A stretch of 64,000 nucleotides of DNA from Klebsormidium nitens (GCA_000708835.1 DF236978.1:283046-347045); one strand, 5' to 3'. Counted from the first letter of the stretch, positions 1-13,400 are shown. The notes: generated by a model from the letters alone, not told the origin. A program made the numbers and translations.

Positions 1-345
1 AATGGTGAAAGTACAAAAGGGCGACCCATGAAAGTCGGACCAAACGAGCATTTCCGGTGGGCACATTTGGTCACGGCCCCTCTCTAGTGAAACTCTAGGG
101 CACTGTATTGTCATTTTGAATTTTGGGGCCTAGACCCGGTTGGTGGCGGGGGGTTATATTTGAATATATTACTATTTTAAATAATCAAAATAAATCAAGC
201 CATGCTATAGGGGTCGGGTCCCAATGAAATTTCAAAATGTGAAAAGGTGGTGCCCTAGAGTTACCCGAGACTTGACTGGTGACCAAGTTTCACTTTCCAA
301 AAGTTGCTCAAGGTGGGACTTCCGTGGGTCGCCCTTTCGAAATCG
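1..345. mobile_element. Foldback/MITE-like element (long imperfect palindrome); left part probably lies outside the window
   Basis: Arms pair on one axis (~176.5): aaagggcgacccatgaaagtc (16-36) with gacttccgtgggtcgcccttt (317-337), 19/21 match; actctagggcac (92-103) with gtgccctagagt (250-261), perfect. AT-rich centre at ~155-200. Termini and target-site duplication not visible. Confidence 0.6.
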
Positions 346-779
346 GCCGTGTACCGGGCACATTTTGCATCTACCGGGCACTCAACACTTTTGAGAAAAC
401 TTTTGAGTGTACCATTTAAAGGTACCTTTTAGGTACCCAAAGCAAAAAACGGAACTCACTTTGACCAAGTTAGGCTAAAGTGGCGGCCACAAAGGTGCCC
501 AAGCAATATTCTGGATTTTGCTGACAGCCTTTTGGCCCTTCCTGATCCTGCGAACGCCCACATCCGATCCCTGTACGACTTCGACACAGATTTTGGACTT
601 CCGCAGTCGCAAGCCTGATATTTGTGATCAACGACTAATTGAAGGCTGTCTTCTTTGGACCGACTTCGTATCCATCGACTCTCGGTGCTGTGCAGAGATA
701 AAACGCTGAAAGATTGTGGCTTCTCGGGTCCTTGATCGCCGCCTTCTACATTTGAAGGCATCCCCGTTCTCTCATGCAG

Positions 780-1652
780 TGCCTAGCGCCCGAGCTCCAA
801 GGCCGACGCATCACTGTGAACGCCGTTGCTCCCGGCCCCACCGCCACCGAACTTTTCTACCGGGGCAAGACCGAGGCCCAGGTACGAGCTCTTCGGACAC
901 CTGTGTTTGTCGCTCACAGGGGAGGCTTTGACTGTTCGTGCCAAGGTCTTGGTTTTATTGTGTGCTGTGCTGTCGGCTGCACTTGCTTGATTCTACTCTG
1001 AGGCGGGGCTGAGCAGAAGTCAGCTCCACATGGCGTCCTCATCCGTGAAAGCGGAGTTTCAGATTGTCAAATCCTGGGGTATGATCTACGGCCCTGAGCG
1101 GCTCGAAACTGGTCACTTGCGGCCACGTTTACCCCAAAGTCGGCCTACTGCGTACAACACGCAACGCCTCCTGTGCTACGACCGTGGCAATGTCGTAGAG
1201 AAGTTTGCCGAAAACTTCTGGCTGAAAGTGCGCGGTGATCAAATAAAGAGCTGCTTCGTTGATGGCCGTGAAGACGACTATTGCCGCCGTATCTGTGCAG
1301 GTTGAGAAGGCTCGTATGATGAACCCGATGGAGCGGCTAGGACAGCCCGACGACATTGCCAATGTCATTGGCTTCCTTGTGAGCAGAGAAGGTAAGGATC
1401 TACTTTCTTTGAGTCGTCCATGGTGGCCCTTCAAAGTTAGCCCGGTCGGCTGAGAATGGATGTGTCATTTGCCATGTCCAGTCGTGTCTCCTGCAATGCT
1501 TGAGTTCCGGCTCATGCGTTGCTTCGGTAGGTGAGGCAAAAATCTTCATACGAATCAGTTAAAATTGGTCATTTAGAAAAGCTCTTCCTCGTGCGCATGC
1601 AGGGGAATGGGTGAATGCACAGATTGTTCGAGCAAACGGGGGCTACATCTAA
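780..1652 (+). CDS. Short-chain dehydrogenase/reductase (FabG-like SDR), 3' exons only
   Basis: Exons 780-881 (CLAPELQGRRITVNAVAPGPTATELF), 1301-1391 (VEKARMMNPMERLGQPDDIANVIGFLVSRE) and 1603-1652 (GEWVNAQIVRANGGYI*). Canonical AG/GT boundaries with compatible phases; typical classical SDR C-terminus. 5' exons presumably upstream of the window. Confidence 0.9.
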
Positions 1653-1768
1653 TCATTCTTGGCGGGAGCACGCCAGGAACGATGGTTTACGAGGCTGGAA
1701 TCTGCCGAAGAGAAATTGCGGCAGTCGCGGAATCCGTACAAATGGACTCGAGACTACATCTTTGTCCT

Positions 1769-1810
1769 AAGGTGCTCGTTTGTAAGCCCAAGGTGCTCGT
1801 TTGTAAGCCC
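1769..1810. repeat. Perfect 21-bp tandem duplication downstream of the SDR stop
   Basis: aaggtgctcgtttgtaagccc twice (1769-1789 and 1790-1810). Confidence 0.95.
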
Positions 1811-2274
1811 TATAGAAATTGGTCAGATGACACATCAATTATATACATAATGTTTAGTTTGCATGTAAATTTCACAAGATTACTAATGATGAATGACATT
1901 GACTATAGATGACTTTCCGTCATTTGGTTGCATGCAAGCACAAGCTCTAGATCGGCACCGTGCAACCGTACAAGACTGCGCATTCCCATGAGACACCGGA
2001 GAGTCGGAACAACAGCTGCATACAAGCATCATTGGGCCATGGATTTGTAGCGCGGGCCCCAGCCCGGCGGCCGGCCGGCCCCGGCCGCGCACGCGTGCGG
2101 AGAAAACTGCGCCCTCTTGTGCGCGCAGGCCCACAAAAAGAAGCAACGTACGGACTTGATCCATGCACATGGCCCTGGGGGAGGCTCGAGAGCAGGACTC
2201 GTTCTGACGCTTGCGACGGCAGGGAAGGCGCCATGGTCCACTCGAGGCATTCTCAGTTGGGCTCTTCTCTTGAA

Positions 2275-5200
2275 ATGCCTGCAGAGTGGCAGCATTCTCC
2301 ACCATCCAGCCTCCTCTTTGTTGGACCCCTCCAGGTTCCAGAGTTCCAGCCATTGAAAACTGAAGCCACGCCTCTCCAGCTAGCGCCATTTGCTTCCATC
2401 AGAAGCCAAGGCTCAGATATTCAGCCTTTTGTTGAAGAGTTGCAACAGGGTTTGGCTAATCAGGCCGAGGAGTTTGCTAGGGGAGTCGAGGGTACCAAGA
2501 GGAGGTTTAGAAACTTGGCCAGGGGTTTGAGAGAGGGTTTGCAAAAGGGGGGAAGCAGACTGGGACTGGTGCACATGCAAACAGAGCACAAGAGCTGCCC
2601 TCAGCATGACCATGTTGGCACAAGTAAGCAAAAGTGGCGGCATTGCATCATAGAGACAATGCGACAAGTTGTCCGCTTGCTTGCATGATGCCACCCTGAC
2701 TGCTTCATAGCAGTTTGCAATTACCACCGTTTATACTCAATTTGCAAACACACTGATTCAGCAACCACTTCTTTACAAGCCGCTTCAAATGTCTCCAATT
2801 GTCAGTTGAGTCGTGTGTTCAAGTTCTACATGGCCTTGAGCTTTTTACCACCAGTTGTTGGAGCGCTTAAAGAGCGTGCTGAGGCAATCGTTGCATCACC
2901 CTCTGATTCGTTGTCCTGTGCAATGCTGCTTGTCCTTTCAGACTCGGGTTCCTGGCTTGGCATGCTGGAAGCGGGCAATCAATTCGGTGACATTGAACAT
3001 GTATCGTTTTTCTTGTATCAGGAGGCCTTCTTTTTGCGTCCATTTCCGAGAGCACGAGCGCCCCACGGAGGCGCAAGTCCCAAAGCTCAGGCGAAGAGGG
3101 AACCGACAAGAAGATTCAGCTTGTCAGCAGTACCACCGTCACCAAGAAGGAGTTCACTGTGCAGGATCTCCTGAGTAAGTTGTTGATTACCGGAACTCTC
3201 TGAGCAATTCCAAGGAGTGTGCTAGGTTGACTCTGAGGTGAACAGTAGTGGTATAAGACAGGATGGTGGCCTCAGTTTTCTCATCTGATAGGTTGCGTAT
3301 TTGGAAGGCTGTTCCAAACATCGTGGACTGTGTACTGTGGAGCTTTGGTGCCAAGGGGGAGACTTTTCTTTTCAGACATTGGAGTCCGAGGGAGACGGTA
3401 TTCTTTCCTTATAGTGGAGTCCAGCGGTTTCAAACAACTCTGAAATTCTACCAAAAGAGCTTTCTGCAACTGAGGCGATCCTGTTGGGGGGTGAATCTGG
3501 ACCAGATATAGTATCGTTACATCCACAAAACTGGACAATGTATCAAGCAGAATGAAAGCGAACCGATGATGATTCAACCAGACAAGTGTTCAAAGTTATC
3601 AAGCAAGCAGAATGAAAGCTAACCAATGATGAATCAACTGGACAGTTGTTCAATATAATGAAGCGGAGCTTTATCTGGGACTTTGGCCAATGTATCTGCT
3701 TGATAGCAGGGTCAGTCAAGTAGTCAAATGGGTCATCAGCAGCACATCTGACCAAATATTCTTCTGCTTTGCAGTTGGGGCTGTTTCTGGTGGCGCCGCG
3801 GGGGTGTCTGTGGAGACAGCGCTCTATCCAATTGATACCATAAAAACCCGCCTTCAAGTAAGTCCCATCTTACATGTTCCTGTCTCAAGTGGCGGAACAG
3901 TCTTCCTGGTAGCCGTAGCTTGTCCAATGATAGTATTCGGCCCCTCTTGTGACCTCTGCCTTCGAAGTTACATATCTCTTTCTCTTGATGATGTCCATCA
4001 TCTGTTCAATTGCTGTGCAAGAAACGTGTAAAACAAGTAAGAAGGCAAAGTTTCAAACGAAGGGCCTTAGTGGTGTCTGTTGCCCTACCATTCACGGCAT
4101 CAGGCGAACGGAAGGCAGCCACGGACTAGAGCAAAGGTCTGTTGTCTGTACTTCAAATTCTACAGATGTACAGTGACCTTGCATAGAAGGCAATTGACAC
4201 ACGCCAGTCGGCGTTAGACCGTTCTGAGGGAGGAGACACGGCCACACGCTTTCTCGTGTGTCTTTGGATGCTTCACTGTTTGATCATCGCTGCGTGCTTC
4301 GCTGTCTTCGTGAAGACCCTCTGATCTGCACAGGCCCCCTTTACTAAGCACCGTCAAGGACTTCTGTCAAAATCGTGCCTCCACAAAAACCACAGATTTC
4401 ACACACTCTTTCGCACGGCTATTCTCAGCTGCTGATTGTTTCGAAAATTGCATGAACTCCGATACCGCCAGCGCCTAGTGTTTCCACCTCCGCTCGGTCT
4501 CTGACCCGCCTATGTATCAAGCTGCCTCCCAGACCCAATCTGACCGTTTATAGTTTGACGGGGTGGAGCGGATTGGTATCGATCTTGACACAATGTGCAA
4601 CGTTGCTTATTTGCGTGAAGGTTCTCTCCAAAGGAGGCAGCCTCAGCTTCAAGGGCCTCTACTCCGGATTAAGCGGTAACCTCGCGGGGGTCCTACCGTG
4701 AGTAACGCGCCCATAAGTCTCGTGCAAAATACAGACCCCAAGACAAAAAGCGCATCTATTGGTTTCCCGAGCCGAAGTCGGTTCCTCTTCTGAAAGTTTC
4801 TTAGGTTGTTTGGTTCAGCTCCGGTGATGCTCGCCCTGGTACTCACTAGAGTTGCAACAATCACATTTGACTTCTAGTCATCTGGTAAAAGCCAACAATC
4901 TCGGATGATTGACGTCGACCAAGCTTCGAGCACCTTCATGACGTGTTGGATTGAAAGAGGTCCAGTCACGTATGCATCGTGAAGGCGCCTTGCATTCTTG
5001 CGAAAGGTATCGTAGTGCATAGCGCTTTGCAGTCGAGCAAAAAGCTGACCGCTCCAAAAGGTTGTCTTTCCCTAGGCTTCTTCCCTTTTCGTTTCTCAGT
5101 GAACGCGCTTCAGTTGCGACTGCCGAATTCCAGCACACGTTGCTCATTCCATGGGTGTCTTGAGAGCTCCGTAACCTGAACTTTGGGTGCTAGAAAGATT

Positions 5201-8200
5201 GTTCTCGTTTTTTGTATCTTTTGAACAGTGCCTCCTTTTTGGTCCCCCACCGGAGCATTGAAAAGTCCGCTGCAGATCTCGGCGCAGCGCCTCGCTTTTC
5301 CTGTGGGCCTTCCAAATTGAAAGTCTTATCTTCATCCTATTTCTGTCGGAGCTTGTCAGGATCCGTTTGCCACTTTCGTGCCGCACGCCTCACCCCTTTG
5401 TCGGCATATCCGGACTCGTCAAGCAACACCCGCTCGATACATCCTCGAGTCCTTTTCCTACTGCAGGGTCCTTGGTGCACCAGTAACCCTCAATCATGCG
5501 GTTCTTCTTATTACGCGGACTTCTTGCAAGCTGCTTTGCACTCTTTGCAGTGCCTCCGCACTCTTCGTCTGCAATTACGAGCCCCTCAAGCGAAACCTTC
5601 TTGACCGCTTCTCCGAGCGCTTTATGTTGTGCTAGGACTTCTAGCAACGTGTCTTTCAATGGAACAGATCCTTAAGAGCGACACCTTCCTAATGCCAATG
5701 CGTCCGTTCATCCGCAGTGCCTCCGCGATCTTCGTCGCCATTTACGAGCCCCTCAAGCAGCATCTCCTCGACCGTTTCCCAGAGCGCTTTTCCTTCTGGC
5801 CAGAGTTTGGCAACAGAACAACTCTTCGCAGGTATCCATCTTCCACCTTGTGCTGATTCACAACCGTTCAAGCTCCACTTTTGCAGTGCTTCCGCGATCT
5901 TCGTCGCCATTTACGAGCCCCTCAAGCAGCATCTGCTCGACCGCTTCCCCGAGCAATGGAGCTCCGCGGCGCAACTGCTCGCGGCCGGGGCCGGGGCGAC
6001 CGGCGCGTCCATTGTGCGCGTGCCGACCGAGGTCATCAAGCAGCGGATGCAGACGGGGCAGTTCACGTCAGCAGCGGGAGCCGTGAAGCAGATTCTGGCC
6101 AAAGAGGGGATGAAGGGGATGTACGCTGTGAGTGGCGCTGTTTTTGGGTTTATTTTTAGAGCAGGTGTCTTCTTTGGCAAGTCGCCGAGAAGCGGAGCTG
6201 TTCTTGCTCCGATTGTCCCGCTACTCTCGGGGGTACTTTCCGCACGCAAAGCTGGTACCTTACGACAGTCAGTGTGTCATCGGAAAAGAACACCATTGTC
6301 ACCAGCCTTTTTGGGGTAGCACGACAGAGTATCATGATGAATTTTCTGACGCATGATCGTACGAGTCGGCGGACTCAAAGACCACCCGCAGTGTTTCACC
6401 GGCGACGGCAGCGCCTTACCCCCGGCTATACAGTCGCTCAAAAGCAAAAAGACCCGCTCTGCAAACACCTTTCAAGGTTTAGAGGCATACTTTTCCAGGT
6501 CTAAAGGTTTTCAGGTTTAGGTCGTATATTCCCAAAGCACAGGAGTGTTACAGATAGCTTGGTGTAGGTTTCCTGGTTTCCATGGTAGAAGGGCTAGAGG
6601 GGACGGTACGGTATGAGCGGGGTCAAGCGCCTCCTTTCCCTCCCTAAGAATGGACTCGCTGTGAAAATGATGAGCCAATTGGGGCGTTACATTTGACTTC
6701 GCGTGTCTTTCTGAAGTGAAGGTCAGCCGTAAGGTTAAACCTAAAGCAAGGCTTGTGAACATTTCACCATTGGAAGACACATAAGAAACATGAACGCGCC
6801 ACCTCGTGCCCGTATCTCTCAAGCTCAATGAACAGAAAGCTCATCAGACAATCAGCTTTTGACCTAACCAGAAGATTAGACCAAATGCTTTCGCCCCCTG
6901 TACACGCACCCAACCTAACTTCCTAAGTATACTCACCTGTCTTAGCAGTGTCTTCTTATCATTAAGCGCAATCTTGTCCTTGGCCGTATTCCCGTAAATC
7001 TTGTGCAGGGCTACGGGTCCTTCCTCCTCAGAGACCTTCCGTTTGACGCCATCGAGTTTGTCGCATACGAGCAGATCAAGTTAGCCGTGCAAAGGACGGT
7101 GAGTCGCTTGTGTTGTTGTGGATCTCCCTTATATGTCCACAAATCTCGCGCATACGTGTCTGTTGTCTACAAGCAAATCAAGCTGGTCGTACAAAGGACG
7201 GTAGGTCGCTTATGCGTGGACGAGTCCCTCGCCATGAGAAGCGTTTCTTGGCTCGTGGCGCGATACTCAGTGGATTGTTCGCAGTTGGGAACACGTCTCG
7301 ACTAATAACTAATAACCCCTAGATCTGGGCACCTGCATACGGAGGCACTTTGACGGGCTTAGATTCCAGAAAATTCTCTGGCGATCGATCCTTTCGCAAA
7401 AGCAGTTGTTACCAATCAACTATAGAGGCCTCAAATGACCAGAACCGTTGACGGATGTGAACGCCAAGTGGCGACTTAACCGTGCCGTTGCAGAAGTTTC
7501 TCGGGGTCTAGCTCCCCTTTTACTCAACGGAAGACCGCATCCCCTCACCCCGCTGCTTCCTCATTCCGCCTCAATCCGTTCCGTGCAGAGGAAACGGAAA
7601 GAGCTGACGGCAGTCGAGACAGCGTTTGCGGGCGCGCTGGCGGGGGCTGTGACCGGGGCTGTGACGACCCCCCTGGACGTGATCAAGACGCGGCTCATGG
7701 TACAGGTGGGTTTTTCTTGAGGGGTGAAAGCGAGGGAAACGGATAGAATTCTTCTTGAATCCAGAAGTGATTGATATTCCTTTGCAGGGGAGAAGTGCTC
7801 GTGAGAGGCACCGCTTCCTTGGCCACCCCGCCGCCATTTGGGTGTGGCAGACTGGGGACGGGTGAAGCCGCGCAAGTTTCGCTCTTCTCTGAATCTATGG
7901 TTTGCACAGTGCGAGATGGTTATTTTTTCGGCCCTGCGTTATGCATAGTAGGCTCGGCTCGCAGCATGATTCCTTCCTGACAAATGCTGCCTCCTCTTAC
8001 TGCCACGTTGCCGACTTCCGCAATCCAGCACGGAACTTCTGTTCGCTCCCTAAGCCCATACTGCGACGTCTAACAACAGCGCGCACCCAACCAGTTTTCC
8101 ACCCCTCCACCCCCTTGAGTGCCACGTGTCCCTTCAATGTCCGTCCACGTGTCCCTGATTTCGTTCGTTCTCACCAGGGTACGAACATCAAGTACACGGG

Positions 8201-8987
8201 CATCATGGACTGCATCTCGAAGATGGTCGCCGAGGAGGGGGCCGGTTCACTGTTTAAGGTGGGGCTTCTCTTCGTTTTTGTGGCGACTGAAAATTGCTCT
8301 GACTTCCAGCCTGCCATTGCTTGTGCATGTACGCACTTTTACCCCTTTGTTCCAGCTGAAAGACGCGGCGAGCATGTCTTCACTGTCTAGATGGTTGAGT
8401 GGAGCCATCCCATGGCCCCAAAGCTGCAGAAATGCGCTCCTTGAACCATTGACGCCGTAATGGAGTGCACTGTTTTAGGTCGTCAGTTAGAAGACTGCTC
8501 TGAAATCTCGTATCGTCATAACGTGGAACAATTCTATACTATTAAGAATTCGGCGGCCTGGTCCTCTGTTGTGCAAGGACCAGGCTGTTCCGCTTTTCTC
8601 CTCTCTACTCGCACTTTTCGAACATATTCTGTCCGAAATGGCGTCTCCTTTGGCTCTTCAAGCCTCCATAAGGCACGACTTTGCCAGCCGAGTAACTCTG
8701 GGACGTAAACAAATGCGGCCGGCTTCCTTTTCCTGCCCCCTCGAATGACCAGCCAGCTGTCAACCACTCTTCATTGCCTAGTATTGCGTTATAGTCAGCC
8801 ACGCTTTCGGTGTCAGTCATTCATCCGGCAACTCAAAGGAGTGCATCTTGTGCAGGGTGTTGGCCCACGTGTCCTGTGGATCGGTATTGGAGGTTCGATT
8901 TTCTTCGGGGTCCTTGAAAAGACCAAGTCTCTCTTGACCACTGAGCTAGAGGCCCGCAAAGCAGCTAAGCCCACGACCGTTGTGTAA
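2275..8987 (+). CDS. SAMC1: Mitochondrial carrier family S-adenosylmethionine carrier (SAMC1-like)
   Basis: Exons: tentative 2275-2623; 3775-3857 (GAVSGGAAGVSVETALYPIDTIKTRLQ); 4621-4697 (KGLYSGLSGNLAGVLP); 5887-6127 (ASAIFVAIYEPLK...VPTEVIKQRMQTGQF); 7009-7098 (GYGSFLLRDLPFDAIEF); 7589-7705 (VTTPLDVIKTRLMVQ); 8178-8258; 8856-8987 (GVGPRVLWIGIGGSIFFGVLEKTK). Carrier PxD/ExxKxR signatures present; closely resembles plant SAMC1 as recalled. All phases are compatible; the first exon is the least certain. Confidence 0.93.
3541..3660. repeat. Imperfect ~62-bp tandem duplication in a SAMC intron
   Basis: caagcagaatgaaagc(g/t)aacc(g/a)atgatga..caac..gaca...gttcaa occurs at ~3544 and ~3604. Confidence 0.85.
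5229..5790 (+). repeat. Array of decayed copies of the SAMC exon-4 acceptor and 5' exon segment (~160-170 bp period)
   Basis: Copies start at 5718 and 5551 (cag|tgcctccgc...gagcccctcaagc...gaccg), with more diverged copies at ~5386 and ~5229. The functional exon starts at 5887. Confidence 0.85.
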
Positions 8988-10415
8988 GTGCAAGAGAAGT
9001 TGATTCTTTGGAAGCTGCTATTCTTTGCATTGCCAATAACTGGCGTAGTGAGCACGTTGCGAGGTGGAGGCTAAATCATGCGCGCCCGGCCTGTAAGAAG
9101 GCATGGAGAACCCCTCGTCTAAGAGAAGGTAACATAGTGCGATGCGTACAGAGATGAGGTAGCCCACTCTAGAAAAGTCTGTGTATGATTCCAACGCTCG
9201 ATCTATGGCCGTACGACTGCAATGCTGTAACACGCCTACAACATATTGCGACGGTCTGGCGTCCGCATGTACCGTCTACCATATGATGCACTGGCATGCA
9301 CGTGCACACACTTATTAAACGCATGCAAATATCCTTGCTCGACACTCGACCGCGCGCGTGTTCGACTTGACCAGACATCGAGCGCCGCAGGCTCTGGGCC
9401 CGGGCGGCCTTCTCCAAAGCGGTGTGGCACTGCTCACCTTTAGCAATGGATTGGATATCAAGTTTGTTGAGCACTTGAATCAATAATGCCAACATGAGGG
9501 AACATGTGACCGGATCGGACCCAACTTTTGTAGTTCAGTGTGCATGACCGCTGGATATATACCACCAATATCACGAAGGTCGGACTTATAAAGATGTTCG
9601 ATCAACTCGCGCGAAGCTTGAAACTATGAACGAACTCGTAATCATTGGCTATGCTTAAGGCAATCCACTGACTGCTGGCCCGGGGATCGCTGAACCGGCC
9701 GGCCGGGCAAGTAAAGTGATGATTGAATTAGATATCTCCAGCGTGCGCATATGTGCCAAACGGTCCCTGTCACTGACATGTACGATCGAGAGCAGCCCTG
9801 ATGCAAGATGTACAAAGCATATACATAGGTTGTACGTTGAGGTTAGCTGCAGTGCATCTCGAACGCCTGAGCGCCAGCAAATGATCGGATAAGGACTCGG
9901 ATGGCGTAACGTATGATCTTCGTTGGTTTTATCCCTCCGATATTTGAATCTGAACGCGCGCAATTCAAGCTAGCGCGCATGCCAGCCATCATGCAGCATT
10001 GAGTGTCATGATCCATACCAAGCGTGGACCAATTGAGTTGAAACTTCTCATCCTAAGCAGTGAGGTTCTCCATAGTGACACTCACTCCAATGAACCTGTA
10101 TGGCCACCAAGAGCTCTATATCCAATTAACATGCATCACCTTTTCTTGACGCGGCTCTGGTTAAATCAGACGTATCTTGCGCAAGACCTATGAATAAGCA
10201 ATGAAAGGAACCTGCATGGTGGATGTCCCCACGCTCCCCTCGAAATCAGTACTGACCACCAAAAACGCTCTCAATTTCCTGTGATCGTCCAATTGCCCTT
10301 CTTTTGACGCAGCGGAACTCTGCAGTTTGGCAGTTTTGCCGCTTATTTAAGCAATTCATCAGAGGGCAACAGACGAATACCTCCCTATTCATGTCAAACT
10401 TTGCTCAACTGCCAC

Positions 10416-13400
10416 TTAACGCCAACCAGACGACGAGTTCGGAAGCAGGGAGGTGAGCGATCGGCCAACCGCTTGTCGGCCGATGTCGGCCCTTGGTTTC
10501 CCTGGCATACGTTCCGGCGGAAAGACAGGCATCCGCACACTCCCACCGGGGCCCAGCGGCGCTCTTCCCTTGGACACCTCTTCCGCTGTTCCGCTGTAGT
10601 CGTCACCGGAAATGACCTCGAGACCAATCTGCTCGGAGAAGTCGAGGGACATGTGCAGCGAGGGCGAGCTGAGGTCGAGGAGCGTCCTTTTGGCGGCGGG
10701 GCTGCAAAGCGAGTGGGTTAAGAGTCCAGTCAACACTTGGTTAAGGAATCCAAGGGAACTTAGTGCGCCATAATCGAAGCCAAACTCTCGGACCATGACC
10801 AGGTCGTAGGTATTGTCGGTGATTCGGAAGCTATAATTTTGAACGAAGCAAGGTTACCACATTCGTTGCCGGAGAATTTAGCTGGGTGTAAACACAAGGT
10901 ATGAGCACTTACGGCACGTGATTGGATTGCCAGGATCACGGGTCTGGCACCGATCGGCCCTCTGACCAAAAGCAGACCAAAGTAACATTTTCTTCTGAGC
11001 AATTGGCTGTTCACCGGTTTGTTGCTAACGATTTGCAAGGGTGAAAGTGAAACAATCTGCCGGGGAAATAATTATGCGACGAACCAAAAGGTTGACACTG
11101 GTTGTCATCGGAGGCGAGGCTGCCGGGCTGTGGTAAGTATGAGCAAGGGGACGACCTATTGAAGGCGGAGAAGACGTGCCGTAACAAAGATTCAACCACT
11201 TGGCGTGCACAAAGCGGACTTAGTTGGGCGGCTGATGACAACAACACGTCATCTCAAGCCCAGCCAAGCGTCTAACGTTTTCACATACCAGGGGACCGCG
11301 TTCGAGGATGGAAGTCAAGATACGTATTCCGGTCGCATTCCGGTCGCCTCCCTCCAAGCACATTCCGGGCTCAAGCTACCTTCCCCAACCGTGCCCGTTT
11401 ATCTCACCCCTAGCATAGCGGAACACAAAGACGTCATTCCAACTTTCCCACCTGCCGCGTTCTGTCAAAAGCGCCTCTTCGGACGCGAGCGTCGTCCTCC
11501 GGTCGAATCCGCCCCGCGTCCGTTCCGTCTGAGCCCCGCTCGGAAGGACGGAACTCGTTCCCGCTATTCGGCTTAGCGTCTGAGCGGCGTCCATGTTGAA
11601 AGCCAAGCGGTTGGACCTGCGGCGGGCGGGGGTCCGTTCCGTTTGGGAGCCGTCCGGAACGGAAGAATACGTGCCGGAGTTGCTCTGGGACAGCGTTCTA
11701 TCTTCCTGCAAAGCGGATTGTCAACTTTTGAGGGGCACTCATTCGGATTACTCGCGAGGCTGCTAACTCTAGCTTGAACGAAAACCCCTAAGCTCCTTAT
11801 TCACTGCTATAAAACGTTTCAAGGCGACCTTGACGACAAGCCAGCTTCAGACAAAAGGCTTATCTGGTAGCTTCTGGCGGCTGAATTCGTTTTGATCGGG
11901 TACTGTCTCAGGGACTCTTACCGCAGAGGCTAGCTTTTCTGGGAGGCTCCTCTGATGAGAAGGTGGGAAACGGAACGAAAGTACGCCGTATCCCGTGCAG
12001 CGTCGAAATCAGTGATGGTCAGCTCGAAGGTAGATTTGACACAGTCCTCAAGAGCCAGAGAATTAAAAGCACGGCCAGGAAAACTGTTGGGAAATCAGGC
12101 AGACGTTTCAGAGCCCTTAATACAATGCAAATATCCAAAACACGGGAGGGTCCGAATCGGCTGTCGACTTTTGACCCAGACAGACAAAGCCCAAGTCGGC
12201 CACTATCCTGGATTGACCCGCCACTGATACAATTGCCTTAACCCACTGACTCCTCCAAACACCCTCTGAGAGTCCCAGCCCCCCTACAATTTAGATTCGG
12301 ATCTCTTCATAAGTAACTGCTACGTGGCACTTACAGGGATCGAGTTGGAGGCTTCGGTTCGGGCGCCGTCTGATGCGTCGGACAAGAAGGAGGACTGCCG
12401 AGCGATATCTAAGGAGTCGGAGCGAAGAGAAAAGTGGCGGGAGAATGCCGGGTGGCTGACGACCTGCATTTCGGCAGAGGAATGTATTACGAGGTCTCGA
12501 GAAAGTTTCTGCACTTCCTTTTGGTTTTCAAGCCTTTAATGTGAAGCAAAAGGCCTGCTTGCGGGAGAAGTTCCAGTAGAGACCGAGCTTGCAGGAATTC
12601 CATGCGGTCAGAGTAGGAGGACTGAGGATGTCATGACGACCTAGAAACTCTGCGCTTACTGGCAAGGCAGTAACGTGCGTGGTTCGAGCGGAACTGCTTT
12701 TGCTGACGTCGTTTGATACAGAATTTGCAAGTTAATTCAAGTAATTTGCAAGCGTTCTCTCAGGGTTGCTGAGACAACCACTTCTCGGTCTGAGGCTCTG
12801 ACTCGCAGCATAATAGAAATTCTCGGGAGGACTTCCAAAAAGGCGTCTTTTTCGATCCAGAACCCGTTGCACAGGGCGACCTAAAGTGAGCACGAACCGA
12901 ATCCCATGTGAAACCCTGCTTTGCTACCAGCTTAGATCGCTATTCGACGAGTCAGCCCCCAAAGCACCTTCCATGCAGGCTGCTTGGCCGCTCTCAACAG
13001 GAGCATCAACAAACTCAGCAACAAAACGCATCCTACGCCATTCTCCGCCCTCTTTCTGAGCTGTTGCGGAGCTCACCGGTTCGCTCAGCAGCCTGGCAGC
13101 ACCCTTGGTGTCCCCTGCCCTGGCCTGAAGTTCGAGCAGTTCCCGCTCGAGGGCCCTGCTGCGGCTCTCGATGGCCTTGCAGTGCCGCCTCAGCCGAGTC
13201 ACCTCCGCCTCCATCGGCGCCCGCAGGGCCTTCTCCTGAGACGCACTCTCCTCCGCTGCCTGAGCCTGCAAAAGTGAAGCGGACATAGTCTGCAAGTGAA
13301 CTGTCTTGAAGGCGTTCATTTGCCCATTTTTGCAGCGCTTCTTGAATCGAGTCTGCAAAAGGTTTTTGCGACTGGTCTTGCCCTGTAAACGGTGGTCTTA

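Noticed and set aside
1960-2232. N-terminal part of the 242-aa ORF 1960-2688
   Set aside because: It starts at a non-ATG codon and crosses a GC-rich repeat-like patch; only the downstream part is plausible SAMC coding sequence.
5229-5960. Regularly spaced repeats resembling a CRISPR array
   Set aside because: The units are long, diverged copies of a eukaryotic exon, with no cas genes and no identical repeat/unique spacer pattern.
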